This document shows positions 11,101 to 23,521 of a stretch of 64,000 nt of DNA, one piece after another (position 1 is the stretch's first letter; every line of letters begins with the position of its first letter). Position numbers and translations under genes: made by a program. The notes below the pieces were generated by a model. That model worked only from the letters and a program-made list of their open reading frames with translations, ran no database searches and had not been told where the DNA came from. Location: contig CAJINV010000003.1 in NCBI GenBank assembly GCA_905178155.1, forward strand, positions 1,999,873 to 2,063,872, given 5' to 3'. This stretch comes from Amoebophrya sp. A120 (Eukaryota; Protista; Dinoflagellata).

Positions 11101-13433
11101 GATGCCCTCGACGGAAACCCCCTCCGCCTTGTAGTCCGCCATTTCGCGCTTGAACACGAATTCGTTGAAGTGCTGCTGCAGGTTCTCGTTGGATAAATTG
11201 ATGGTGATCTGCTCCCAGGTGTTGTTGGGGAAGGACTCGAAGCCCGCGATATCCAGTAAACCCACCTCGATCTTCTTCGCGCTGCTGTTCCCGATGTCCC
11301 CGGCGACAACTTTGTTTAAGTTTTCCATCAGCCAGGCGAACAGCCGCGAGTACACCAGCGTGGCTAACCCGTTCCGCGCCTCGTTCGCCAGCTCCGGCTT
11401 CAGTTGCTTCACCGTCACGTCCTTCCCGACGATCAGCTTCTTGTTCGTGATCGCGGTCTGCAGCACCTTGTCGTCGCACTCCCAGGCGGTGGACACTTCC
11501 TTGGTCTTGTCGCAGATGGACGAATCGTTTTTCCCCGCTTTAAAACTCACGTTCCCGAGCAATAAAATGCCCGCCACCGCCTTGAACAGGTCGGCGCGCT
11601 TCTTCTCGCCGATGGTGACGTCCTCGAAGGCCGACACCACCTCGTTGTACTCGGTTTTGTCATCCACGCCGTCGGCGAGCTGGGCTCCGCTTTTCAGGTA
11701 GTTGAAGTCGCTCCACTTCGTGCCCTTCGGCAGCCCGTACTTCGCCCCGTCGGGGCCGTGCAGCAGCATGTAGAAGATGTGAAAGTTGCGCTCCAAACTG
11801 GTCTGCTTCAGCACGCGCGACTTCTCCAGCAAATAGTCCACCAGCAGCGCACCGTCGATGGAGCCCTTTTGCCCGAACATGATCGCGGTCCACTTCCCGA
11901 ACCGGGACGAGTTGTTGTTCCGGGAGGTCTTCGCGTTCCCAAAAGCTTCCAAGATCGGGTTGCACTGCATGATGCGGTCCTGGATGCGGCTCTCGTTGTG
12001 CCCGGCGGAGTCCGCGAAGAACCCCAACATGATCTTACACGCTTCGGTCTTCCCCGCCCCGGACTCTCCGGAGATCAAAATCGCCTGGTTCAAACTCTCG
12101 CGCACGCACCCCGACAAAGCGGTCTTGGCGATGGAGTACACGTGCGGGGGCTGCTCCCGGGAATCCGCCGCGTTAATGTACTTGTCCATGACCTCGGGCG
12201 TGTCCAGGCCCAGCCGCTCGAAGGGGTGTGAAGTGTAAAAGTGTCTGGGTCTGGAAGGATCCGAACTTGTGATGCGTGTTTCGGATCCTACGAGAAAGAT
12301 CTGTGATGCACAAACGTGCAAAAGGTGCCCACTTCTGGCCTTGCTGAGAGGGCATCTCTCATGCAGAATACGCATCAGCAAGGAGCTGCAGAACCTGTGA
12401 TGCTAGGCCCTGCATTCCAGACGTGGGGGAGCTTGGAAAAACTGCATGACAAATCTCGGAGTCTCCCAGACCCAGACATTTTTGCAATTCATAAGGGGTT
12501 GCAGGAGACGATGATCTGGTCGATCATCGTATAGATCTCCCCCTTCCCGTACCTATGCATTGCAAAAGTATCGTACTAGTAGTAATTGCATTCATGCATT
12601 ACAAATTTTTTTCTTAAGGTAAATCCGCATGACAAATTTTATTTCTGATGCTGGGGAAATTTGTATTGCATTTATACGAGTACGATACTTTTGCAATGCA
12701 TAGTACCGGGTTTCCAACGACTGCAGCACCGCGGCGTTCACCACGGACCGCAGCTGACACACGTATGAGAGTGCACAACTCCCCCTCCCACTCATTTGTA
12801 TTGCATGAACAGCAATAAAAACACCAGTACACGTGGAGCCTGCGCATGACAAATTCATGTAGTACTCCTGTTTGGGCTTCCGGAATCTGTCATGCAAACA
12901 GTGCTAAAGGGAAGCACTTGGATTTCCGGTTTTGCATGACAAATGAGGGAGAGGGAAATTTGTGCACTCTCATAACACGTCGGGTAAGCCCATTAAATGG
13001 TCGTCCTCCACGTCCGCGACCTTGGTGATCTCGTCCGCGGTCAGCCACACCACCTCCTCATATGCATTGCAAAAATGTCTGGGTCTGGAAAAAGTGATCT
13101 TGTGATGCTGGCCTTACATTCCAAGAAAATCTGTATTGCATGACTAACAAACGCACAGCGTTCTTTGTGATGCAAAAACGCAGTTTGTCGTGCGCGCTAC
13201 GTATGAGACAGCGTTGCAGGAACTTGTCATGCTTGGCTGCATTCGAAAGCGTTTCAGTCATCCACAGTTCAGCATCACAAGTTTCCAGACCCAGACATAT
13301 TTGCATGTGATACCTGACTCGCGTTCTCGATCTGGTAGCCGCGGACCTTCTTGCCCTTCATGTCCTTAGTCTGCCCCGTGTCCTTCGCCATCACATACCC
13401 CTCGACGGGGTGTGGAATCCACTGCTTCAACAT
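8161..13433 (-). CDS. MyTH4-domain myosin, copy 2 (multi-exon; stop codon supplied by the retroelement repeat, probably truncated before FERM)
   Basis: Motor ORF 9718-12381; GT-AG introns at 9557-9744 and about 8833-9065; MyTH4-like exon 8161-8830 (YRNVLGWM...NEMYAQVIKQLTHNP...GWKLLAF); ATG at 13433. Confidence 0.9.
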
Positions 13434-14599
13434 CTTGCTTCTTCGCGAGGAGGGCGGGCGGGGGGGCTGAAACTAACTAAAGGAAGCGTAAAAGTGAATG
13501 GTCAAACTTTTTTGGAAAATAACCAGTTTGATGTTACAACTTAGAACTTAAAAGCGCTTAAAGTAAACGTGCTTTTTGTCGGTCTCGTCAAAAATACCGG
13601 CAGCGCCATGGTGCACGTGGGTCGTGATCATCATGGAACAAATAAAAATATTTCATTTGCATTTGGGACAGTAAAACAATCATGTAGCACAGGGTATCGA
13701 ATTGGGATGATGGGTGTCACAGTGGCGTTTGGCTTGCTAGGCCACTGTTGCAAATGAGAGAATGAACGTAAATAAAATCTGAGTATATATAACTTGCTCT
13801 ACCGTGATGCCGGCTGAAAAAGAGCGAGCAGTGGCTGTGGCGCCTAGGTGCACGATGAAGTAGCAGACGTTTCTTATCAACAAGCACGAGTTGCAGGACG
13901 AGTCAAAAAGCACAGCACGATACCGACTCAGATTGTTATTAGTCACTTTCTGCTGGGATGTTCTTGATCAGTACGACTGCAGACCGACAATTTTAGTCTT
14001 GCCTTTGGCTTTGCGCCATGGTCATTCACATAGTACAACCGATTTTGATTTATAATTAACCACTGCCTGGATTGCAAACAAAGAGTAGTTCATTTTCATA
14101 GAGGGACCGAATTTCACGAATGAAATACTGGAGAAGCGCCAGAAAATGAGAATAGATGCGAACGCCAATGGTCTCCCATTTCGGAAGATCATAGGCACTC
14201 GCCACTTGAGAAAGCGCTTGATTTAGATAAAGCCTTTAGTGCAATTAGAAACGTCGCGTCGCTCAATCCTTATTTCTCCGCATATTTCCGTCCATGAGGA
14301 CATGCATCATGCTACTTGCGATTGCGCATCATGAGTTAAATACCTGCACTGTTACTCTCGCATCATCAGATATGCATCTTTAGGTGTAGCAAGTATTCGT
14401 GTCAAACGATAGTCGGCACTCGAATAAATCAATGCCCATATTATCAGTAATTTTCTTGTAGCCCGCATGCAGCTCGGTCCTGAAACAAGTCAAACAGCAT
14501 CACAAACAAAGCTCGATGTACAATCACAAGTCAAATTGTTGAAGCCTTCAGCAAGCAAGTTCGCCCGGAAACAGGGCGCACCCCAAAAAAACAAAACTG

Positions 14600-17500
14600 A
14601 ATGAAGTCTCCGACTGATATCATTTGACAAAGATTGCCCCAGGGTGCAACGTGCAGAGCCTGAGACGGACATTGTCCAATGATATAGAGCCCGGCGAGGC
14701 AGTATCGCCTACGCAGGCCCGCGTCGTGCGCGACATGTGGATCGACAGCGGAGATCTAGATCGCAAATTCGCAAACTCACACTCTGATCGAACCAACGCA
14801 AGGATACAAGTGGCGCTGCTCACTCAACCACCACCTTTGCGGGGCGATACAGTCCTGGCCGACACTCTAGCTAACTAACGACGAACAACAACAACGAAGC
14901 TTTTTTCTTGTCTCGTCACCTGGCGAAGCCAACCCTTGCAAGCTTTTGAAGGGAGGGAGCGGACGGGTCTTTTCAAAACTTGCAGCGGAGCCACGCCTTT
15001 CCTGCAGGCGACGGCTCGAACTCAATAGTTTCCATCTCAAGTAGCTACTTTTTTCGGGCTTTTGAGGTACTCGCAAAGGGGAGGTGGCGCACACTAACTC
15101 ACCTCGACTTTCACCGCGAAAGCCGTGCGGCCCCACATACAAAAAGATCGCCGCGCTCTCAGGATGGAAGCTAGCTAGGAAGTGAACACCAACAGCAGAA
15201 CCGTCTGTAGCTAATTCTTGTGCCAACCAGAATTAGCTAGGGCGCACTAGAAATCTTTTTCAGTCTTCGTATCCTTTCCTGCGTCTACGATTTCACTCTG
15301 GATCAACGTATTGCGCATGCTCAGATCCTTAATGAAATCTCCGACTGATATCATTTGACAAAGATTGTCCCAGGGTGCAACGTGCAGAGCCTGAGACGGA
15401 CACTGTCCAATGATATAGAGCTCGGCGAGGCAGTATCGCCTACGCAGGCCCGCGTCGTGCGCGACATGTGGATCGACAGCGGTGATCTAGATCGCAAATT
15501 CGCAAAATGCGTAACATCCACCACTTCCGATCCTGAGAACAGCGAAGCTTTTTGAAGGGTGCACCCCTGCCCTAAACACTTCACTACTGTGAAGCGGCGT
15601 AGCCCTTTGCGGAAATGAAAACCAGAGGCAGCAATTGGTCGACCCACTGAAGTCAATTAGTTGTCCTCAGCAAAGTCGAAGATTTTGGCCAAACCATTTT
15701 TCCAGGTGCGAGACACTCTAACCGCGAACGATTCTAGTTTTGCTAGATAATCGCTCCAGTTGCCGCCAGCGCGACAGCATCCTATGCGCGCGGGGAAACC
15801 GATGATGGCTGTAGCTTCTTCGTTCGGGAGTCGATGTTTCAATTTTTCAAAGAAATCGCCGAGCGCCTGTTGGAACCACGCCAACCGCTTTGCCTGCGTT
15901 TCCGCATTACCCTGCTGGTTCTTCGGCGGTAGCCCTGGCTTGTGTTGGCCATACAAGTTTGCTACTAACTTGCTTGCACGGGTTGAAACCTTTCGCAGAT
16001 CCGCCGTGCCCGGGACTCTTTTGTAGGACTTCGCGCACGTGTTTGCTGGTGGATATTTGAAAAGTATCTTCTTCGCTATACCTTCCGCTTTTCCTATGGT
16101 CAGGCAGTTTGTCTGGTGCGCGATCACATTCATGTTGTCTGCTAGAATTGATCCCCGCACATGCACCAGCGGCACTCTTTCCGGCTTTACTTTCTGGCTT
16201 GCTTTTCTCTTCGGCTTCTCCAACAGTGCCAAGGTACTTTCCGAGTACCCTTCGCACTTTGTCTGCAGACTTTGCGCTGGCACTGTGCTCAGCACCAGAT
16301 AGGTGTCGTCTGTTGGCGGTAGGTCTACCCAGCTTGCTCCTTTCCATACTTGGAATATCGATTTATTCTTCTGGAATCTGCTCACCGTGTGAAACTTCGA
16401 ATGCAAATAAGCAAGCCTGCTTTTGTATTTTGGAACTAAAACCAACGCCCGGGGGCGCTGTGCTTCCGGGACTTTCATGTAGTCCACCAATTTCTTGAGG
16501 ACCGGCATAATTGCAAAGCTGCCTGGATGCCACCAACTCAATTCCAGCGCCATTTCGTGGTCTGTGGTCTGGTACGCGTCCGTGATGTGGTTTTTGAAAT
16601 AATCCACCAGTCTGCTGTGACCCTCACGATCACGCATCGCGTCCACTGTTGGCGTGATTTTCAGCCTTGAGCATACCGACGACAACGCTTCTGGTTTTAG
16701 TCGTTTGCTCGGGTTCTGGTCGTACAGCGTACTGCTGAGCTGTAGTCGGCTGATCGCGTCTGCTATCACATTATGCTTGCCCCGCACATGTTGCGCCAGC
16801 ATTTTTATTCCCAACCTGTTTTGCATCAACTTGATGGCCTTGGCTTTTTCTGCGAGCCACTGTTTCCGCCCGGTCCCAAAGTTGATGTAGTGCATGGCAC
16901 TGGTATTGTCTGTCCGCAGAAGGATAATTCTGCCCGCAAAACGTTCGCCGTATTTTTTTAGCCATTCTGCGACTGTGGTCAGATCCCTTTTGTTGGAGTG
17001 TCTTTGGTCGATTTCTTCGCTGAAGTCGCCCTCGTGCCGCACTTCGTCCCCGTCCGCCGTCAGCCCCCAATGAAACCCGCTAGCATCACTTGTGACGATC
17101 ATGAAAGAGGCGGGATCAATATCTTGGAAGATTTCGGGATGATCAAGCAATTCCGGAGTAAACAGGAAAGATAAGCCCTCGGTCGTGGAAAAGATGGGGA
17201 TAAAAGGATCGTCTTTGAGGACTTGAAGCCACCAAGAAAAATCTGCTATGACCGCAGCGGAGAGCTGGGGAGATGGACTGAAAGACTTGCGTCCTTTGGT
17301 CCATGCAGCGATAGCCCCCGAATCCCCAAGCAAGTCGTAAGCGTTCCGCAGAAATGCGCGCCCAGCCGAGACAACAAAGGAGATGAAGTTCAACTTTCCT
17401 ACTATCGACGCCAGATCTTTTGCGTTCGTTGATAATCCGTTCGCGGCCTCTTGCAAGCATTTTCTAATGCTGCAATATACTTTTCGCGTTGTTCTGGGTC

Positions 17501-18165
17501 CACGTAAATCCGCATCTTGATGGCGTTGATCATGAACCCTATCCAGCAGATGCACTGCGTCGGATAAGTCATCTTATCCAGCTTATCCGCCCGGAATCCA
17601 TGTAAAACCAATCCTGGAACGAAGGAAAAGGCGCGAAGTTTTAGAGGCACGAAGGTCGTCCCCTTACCGCTCACGCGTCGGATTTCGGAGGCGGCTTCGC
17701 AACACTCAGGGGCTTCCGACCGAAGATGACGAATAAATAGCTGAGAACAGTTTAACCGGGACTGGCAGCGACGCACACTGTGTGCAAACATTACACAAGA
17801 TGCACACTGCGCGCAAGCGGGAACTAAAGTGGCAAACACATCTTGCGTTGCGGGCCTTCTGGCCACATGCGTTCTAGCATGCTAAACTTTTGGACGTGAT
17901 GTCTTTCATTACGTCCCAACTGAGCCCAAGCAGCGAAAGAGGCTGTCGCGTCGACGACTTACTTTGGCTAACCGAAATCCTACAGCCTTACCGCACGGCG
18001 CGTCGGATTTCGTGCCGTAATCACTCAAGCTAACGAGGTCTTTCAGCCTTTAACTTAGTCCTTTCTATCCTATACTAATAGCTACTTTTTTCGGACTTTT
18101 GAGGTACTCGCAAAGGGGAGGTGGCGTACACTAACTCACCTCGACTTTCACCGCGAAAGCCGTGC
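14600..18165 (-). mobile_element. Defective DIRS-order retrotransposon, copy 2 (pol/macrodomain ORF 15657-17555)
   Basis: Appears identical to 4613-8178 at offset 9987, with the same junctions. Confidence 0.88.
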
Positions 18166-21100
18166 TGCAACTTCATTGTTGCTATTCGCGCCCGTCGCCG
18201 CCGCGGCCTCGGCGGCGGCCTTCTCCCCCGCGGCCGGCGGCGGTGCGGTCTTGGCCATCGTGTCCATGCACTGCGTGGCCATGGTCAGCAATTCCTTCTT
18301 TTCGGGCAGCTCCTTCTCGAACTTCTGTTTGGACTTGACCAGAAAAGCCCGCACGTACTCAATGAAGTCGGGCGTGGGGATGGCGTGCTGGAAGATGAAG
18401 GCGAGCAGCTTCCACCCTAAGAGCTGGGACCGCAGCCCCGGGTTGTGGGTGAGCTGCTTGATCACCTGCGCGTACATCTCGTTGGTCAGCGCCGCCTCGG
18501 ACCGCGCCTTCCACACGATCGCGTACAACAGCGGCACGCGCCGCTTCTCGTCCACGGGGTGGTCCGTCATCCAACCGAGCACGTTTCGGTAGGCCGCGGT
18601 AGCGGTGGAGTTCATGCTGGCGTCCCCGATGTTCGTCAACGGGGCGGACAGCTTATTCTTGCTCCACGCGAACGTGCCCCCGGGCTCGCACGGAAGAATC
18701 TTATTCCCGTCCGGACCCGTGATGGGCTTTACCACATCCGTGTTGATGCAGGGGGCCTTGCTCATGTCACCGTACAACGCCATCACCATGTCGAGGTTAC
18801 CCGACGCCACTTTACCGTCCCTGGGGTTGATGTTGATGCGTGTTTATTCAGATATAGAAGAGTGCACATGATCAGCGATCGAGTTTTCAAAATTCAAACG
18901 CACTGGAACTGGTGCCGGCCTAGATGCGAGACGAGCCGTTTCCGTTTGTTTCTACAACAGTGCATCTGCATGTATGACTAGAATACAATTAGCATATGCA
19001 AACAGAAACACTTTAGGAAACACGGGGAAAAAACACCAGAAGTGATTAATACCTTTGGAACAGGGACCCACGTCGAATATGGGCGATGCGCGAAGCGTTT
19101 TCCGCCTTTGTGAGAAGATCGGCGTCGACGCCCGCATCTTGTCCGGCAAGAGCTAAATTCGCGACCTTGGTGGCCAGGCCGTGAAAATCTTTCTTGGCTT
19201 CCAGGGTTTTCAGACAGGAATGCAGCTGTTCCTCGATCCACCCGGGGTCCATAAGCTTCGTCAACATTTCTCGCGCAGGCTTCAGATCGTTGGCGTCCAC
19301 CTGTCCATTCGCCACGCACGTTGACAGGGACGCTTGGATCCCCCGCTTGTCGCAATTGTTGATGGCCGCCGTCAGCAACTTTACGAGCTCCTTGGGAGAA
19401 TCGTGCTTCAACTCGTGCTTCTCGAGCTTCTCCTCGTCCAACTTGCTCTTCAGCCGCTCCCACTGGGCTTGCAGCTTCACAAATTTCGCGCCCGCCTGCT
19501 CGTCCAACCAATCGGACTGGTTTTTTAACCCCTTCTGGGTAGCCTATGCGTCAGAGAAAATAAAAACTTTCACTTTGTTTTAATTGAAAAGAAAAACCTC
19601 ATTAGGCTGAGGCTAGCTCTAGCAGGTGAAGACTGCAGCAGAAGCAAAATCACATAACGCTATGAAAGCATGCTACCACGAAACAAGTTGACAGGAAGAA
19701 CGAGCTAAAAGTCGAAGAAACTTTTATTTACCTGCTCCACGACGTGCTGCAGCCGCTTGCATGCGTCGAGGTCCGACGGGCTTGGGTCGGTTCGGTCGGA
19801 CAGACCGGCCATGGCGGTGATCAGCGGCAGCTGCACGGAGAGCATGTCGAGCCGGACCGCCAGGCGCTTGGCCACTTCGTCCTCGATTGCCAGATTGGTC
19901 AGCTGGGAGACCGCGGTCTGCAACTGATCCAAATCGACCGTCTTCAGCAATGCGTTCATGTCCTTGTAGACTTCGTACTCCTTGTGGAGCTTCGTTTGAC
20001 AGGTGAGAAACGCCGCTTCGCACACCTTCAGCTTGGTGCTCATGGACTCGATCTCCGCCCGCCACTTCTTCACCTGGTCGCACTCCGCCTTCAACTTGCC
20101 CAAGTCGTTCTTAAACGTCGCCAACGCGTTGGTGTTGGGCGTGTTCGGTTTGTACAACTTGGAACCCGTCGTCTTCATCCAGTTTTGCGTCATGCCGCGG
20201 AGCTCCCGCGCCCGCTTCGTCATCTTCCTCGTGCGGTAGCCGCGGAAGGCCGCCTGGATTTTGATGGTTTTCTCGAGTGTGGCAAACCGCACCTGCTCGT
20301 CGAGGACTTGGTGGCCCCGAAGACGGGCCATCACCTTGGTTTTTCCCATCACGTACTGGCCCTTCAACTCCGGTTGGTGGAACACCTCCGGAAGGCGGTC
20401 CAGAATCAGCGTAACCACCGCCGGGTCGGGGAGCTTTTTGCCCGCTTTTTTCTCACATTCCATCCGGAGCTTCACCGGAAAGCACGCGCGGTACTTCCGG
20501 CAGAACTCGGCGGGCAAAGCGCGTAACGGATACCCCTGCTGCCGGATTTTCACCGCCTCCATGGCGCCGGAAAAAATCAGCTGCTCCAACACCTTCGCGC
20601 GCGTGAAAATCTTCGGTTTCTTCTCGTCGTTGGGCTTGATGCACCGGACAAAATGCGGCACGGCGGAACGAATTCGCTCCATTAGCGTTTTCAGCGACGC
20701 GCGGAACTGGGTTGAAACCGTCAACTTTTTCTGCTTGCCCTCTTCCTCCAATTGCTTCCCTAAATCCCGCAGCAACTCGTTCTTCGAGGTCTTCAGCACG
20801 TCCATCGCCTCGGGCGGCGGGTCGTCCGTGTTTTTTTCATGCACCCAGCCACCGACATTGTAGGTGACCTTGCCGGCGTAGTGGGTCAGCGTGAACTCCG
20901 GCGGGTCCTTGTTGAACTTGTCCGCCTCGAAGTAAGCATTCTTCTTGGTTTCCATCAGCTTCCCCAGATTGTTCATAAACGTCTTGTCCGTTTGCCGCAT
21001 CCCTTTGGTGGCGTCGTCCAGTACGCTGAAGATGGAGTCCCTGGGCGCGGCAATCGTGTCCAGGATCTCCTGGTTGTCCGCGAACGTGATGCCCTCGACG

Positions 21101-23521
21101 GAAACCCCCTCCGCCTTGTAGTCCGCCATCTCGCGCTTGAACACGAATTCGTTGAAGTGCTGTTGCAGGTTCTCGTTGGACAAATTGATCGTGATCTGCT
21201 CCCAGGTGTTGTTGGGGAAGGACTCGAAGCCGGCGATATCCAATAAACCCACCTCGATCTTCTTCGCGCTGCTGTTCCCGATGTCCCCGGCGACAACCTT
21301 GTTTAAGTTTTCCATCAGCCAGGCGAACAGTCGCGAGTACACCAGCGTGGCTAACCCATTCCGCGCCTCGTTCGCCAGCTCCGGCTTCAGTTGCTTCACC
21401 GTCACGTCCTTCCCGACGATCAGCTTCTTGTTCGTGATCGCGGTCTGCAGCACCTTGTCGTCGCACTCCCAGGCGGTGGACACCTCCTTGGTCTTGTCGC
21501 AGATGGACGAATCGTTTTTCCCCGCTTGAAAACTCACGTTCCCGAGCAATAAAATGCCCGCCACCGCCTTGAACAGGTCGGCGCGCTTCTTCTCGCCGAT
21601 GGTGACGTCCTCGAAGGCCGACACCACCTCGTTGTACTCGGTTTTGTCATCCACACCGTCGGCGAGCTGGGCTCCGCTTTTCAGGTAGTTGAAGTCGCTC
21701 CACTTCGTGCCCTTCGGCAGCCCGTACTTCGCCCCGTCCGGGCCGTGCAGCAGCATGTAGAAGATGTGAAAGTTGCGCTCCAAACTGGTCTGCTTCAGCA
21801 CGCGCGACTTCTCCAGCAAGTAGTCCACCAGCAGCGCACCGTCAATGGAGCCCTTTTGCCCGAACATGATCGCGGTCCACTTCCCGAACCGGGACGAGTT
21901 GTTGTTCCGGGAGGTCTTCGCGTTCCCAAAAGCTTCCAAGATCGGGTTGCACTGCATGATGCGGTCCTGGATGCGGCTCTCGTTGTGCCCGGCGGAGTCC
22001 GCGAAGAACCCCAACATGATCTTACACGCTTCGGTCTTCCCCGCCCCGGACTCTCCGGAGATCAAAATCGCCTGGTTCAAACTCTCGCGCACGCACCCCG
22101 ACAAAGCGGTCTTGGCGATGGAGTACACGTGCGGGGGCTGCTCCCGGGAATCCGCCGCGTTAATGTACTTGTCCATGACCTCGGGCGTGTCCAGGCCCAG
22201 CCGCTCGAAGGGGTGTGAAGTGTAAAAGTGTCTGGGTCTGGAAGGATCCGAACTTGTGATGCGTGTTTCGGATCCTACGAGAAAGATCTGTGATGCACAA
22301 ACGTGCAAAAGGTGCCCACTTCTGGCCTTGCTGAGAGGGCATCTCTCATGCAGAATACGCATCAGCAAGGAGCTGCAGAACCTGTGATGCTAGGCCCTGC
22401 ATTCCAGACGTGGGGGAGCTTGGAAAAACTGCATGACAAATCTCGGAGTCTCCCAGACCCAGACATTTTTGCAATTCATAAGGGGTTGCAGGAGACGATG
22501 ATCTGGTCGATCATCGTATAGATCTCCCCCTTCCCGTACCTATGCATTGCAAAAGTATCGTACTAGTAGTAATTGCATTCATGCATTACAAATTTTTTTC
22601 TTAAGGTAAATCCGCATGACAAATTTTATTTCTGATGCTGGGGAAATTTGTATTGCATTTATACGAGTACGATACTTTTGCAATGCATAGTACCGGGTTT
22701 CCAACGACTGCAGCACCGCGGCGTTCACCACGGACCGCAGCTGACACACGTCGGGTAAGCCCATCAAATGGTCGTCCTCCACGTCGGCCATATCACAGTG
22801 AAAAATGCCCCCCACCCCTGAAATTGCAAGAATCTGTGATGCGAAGTTTCCAAATGAAAGCTTTTTGTCATGCATGAAAGGAGTACGAATCTTTCTGATG
22901 CAGATTCTAGTCGTGTCTCGCATCGCTTGCATGACAAGCACCGCTCTTGCTGGGATCTTTTGCAATACAAATTTTTGCTATTCACGATCGGAAATCTGTG
23001 ATGCTGATACACGCAAGAGGGCGAATGTTTCATTTGGAAAGATTTGCAATACAAATGCTTTCAAGTTCGGGGGTGGGGGCATTTTTCATTGTAATAGGCC
23101 ACTTTCGTGATCTCCTCCGCGGTCAGCCACACCACCTCCTGATATGCATTGCAAAAATGACTGGGTCTGGAAACATGGAACTTGTAATGCTAGTCCTACA
23201 TTTCTGTAAGATCTGTATTGCATGACCAACAATAAAGTAGCAACGCGCTCTTTTGTCATATAAAAGCGCAGCTTGTCATGCGGACTGCGCATGGCAAAGT
23301 GTTCGGCAAACTTGTCATGCTTGGCTGCCTTGGGAAGTATTGCAGTCGTCCACAGTTCAGCATCACAAGTTTTCAGACCCAGACGTCGTTGCATTTGATA
23401 CCTGACTCGCGTTCTCGATCTGGTAGCCGCGGACCTTCTTGCCCTTCATGTCCTTCGTCTGCCCCGTGTCCTTCGCCATCACGTACCCCTCGACGGGGTG
23501 CGGAATCCACTGCTTCAACAT
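18148..23521 (-). CDS. MyTH4-domain myosin, copy 3 (same 3' truncation; diverged 5' exons and a different intron set)
   Basis: Motor ORF 19705-22368 differs from copy 2 mostly at synonymous sites (visible amino-acid changes K>Q and A>T); ATG at 23521. Confidence 0.9.
22791..23096. mobile_element. MITE-like intron, TIR type D; present only in myosin copy 3
   Basis: TSD ggcca; TIR tatcacagtgaaaaatgcccccacccc; removal restores EITKVADVEDD, which is uninterrupted at ~3020-3040 and ~13010-13030. Confidence 0.95.

Noticed and set aside
12227-12381. ORF-track start of the 887-aa myosin (MLMRILHER...)
   Set aside because: This N-terminus is translated introner sequence; the conserved myosin N-terminus lies in upstream exons starting at 13433.
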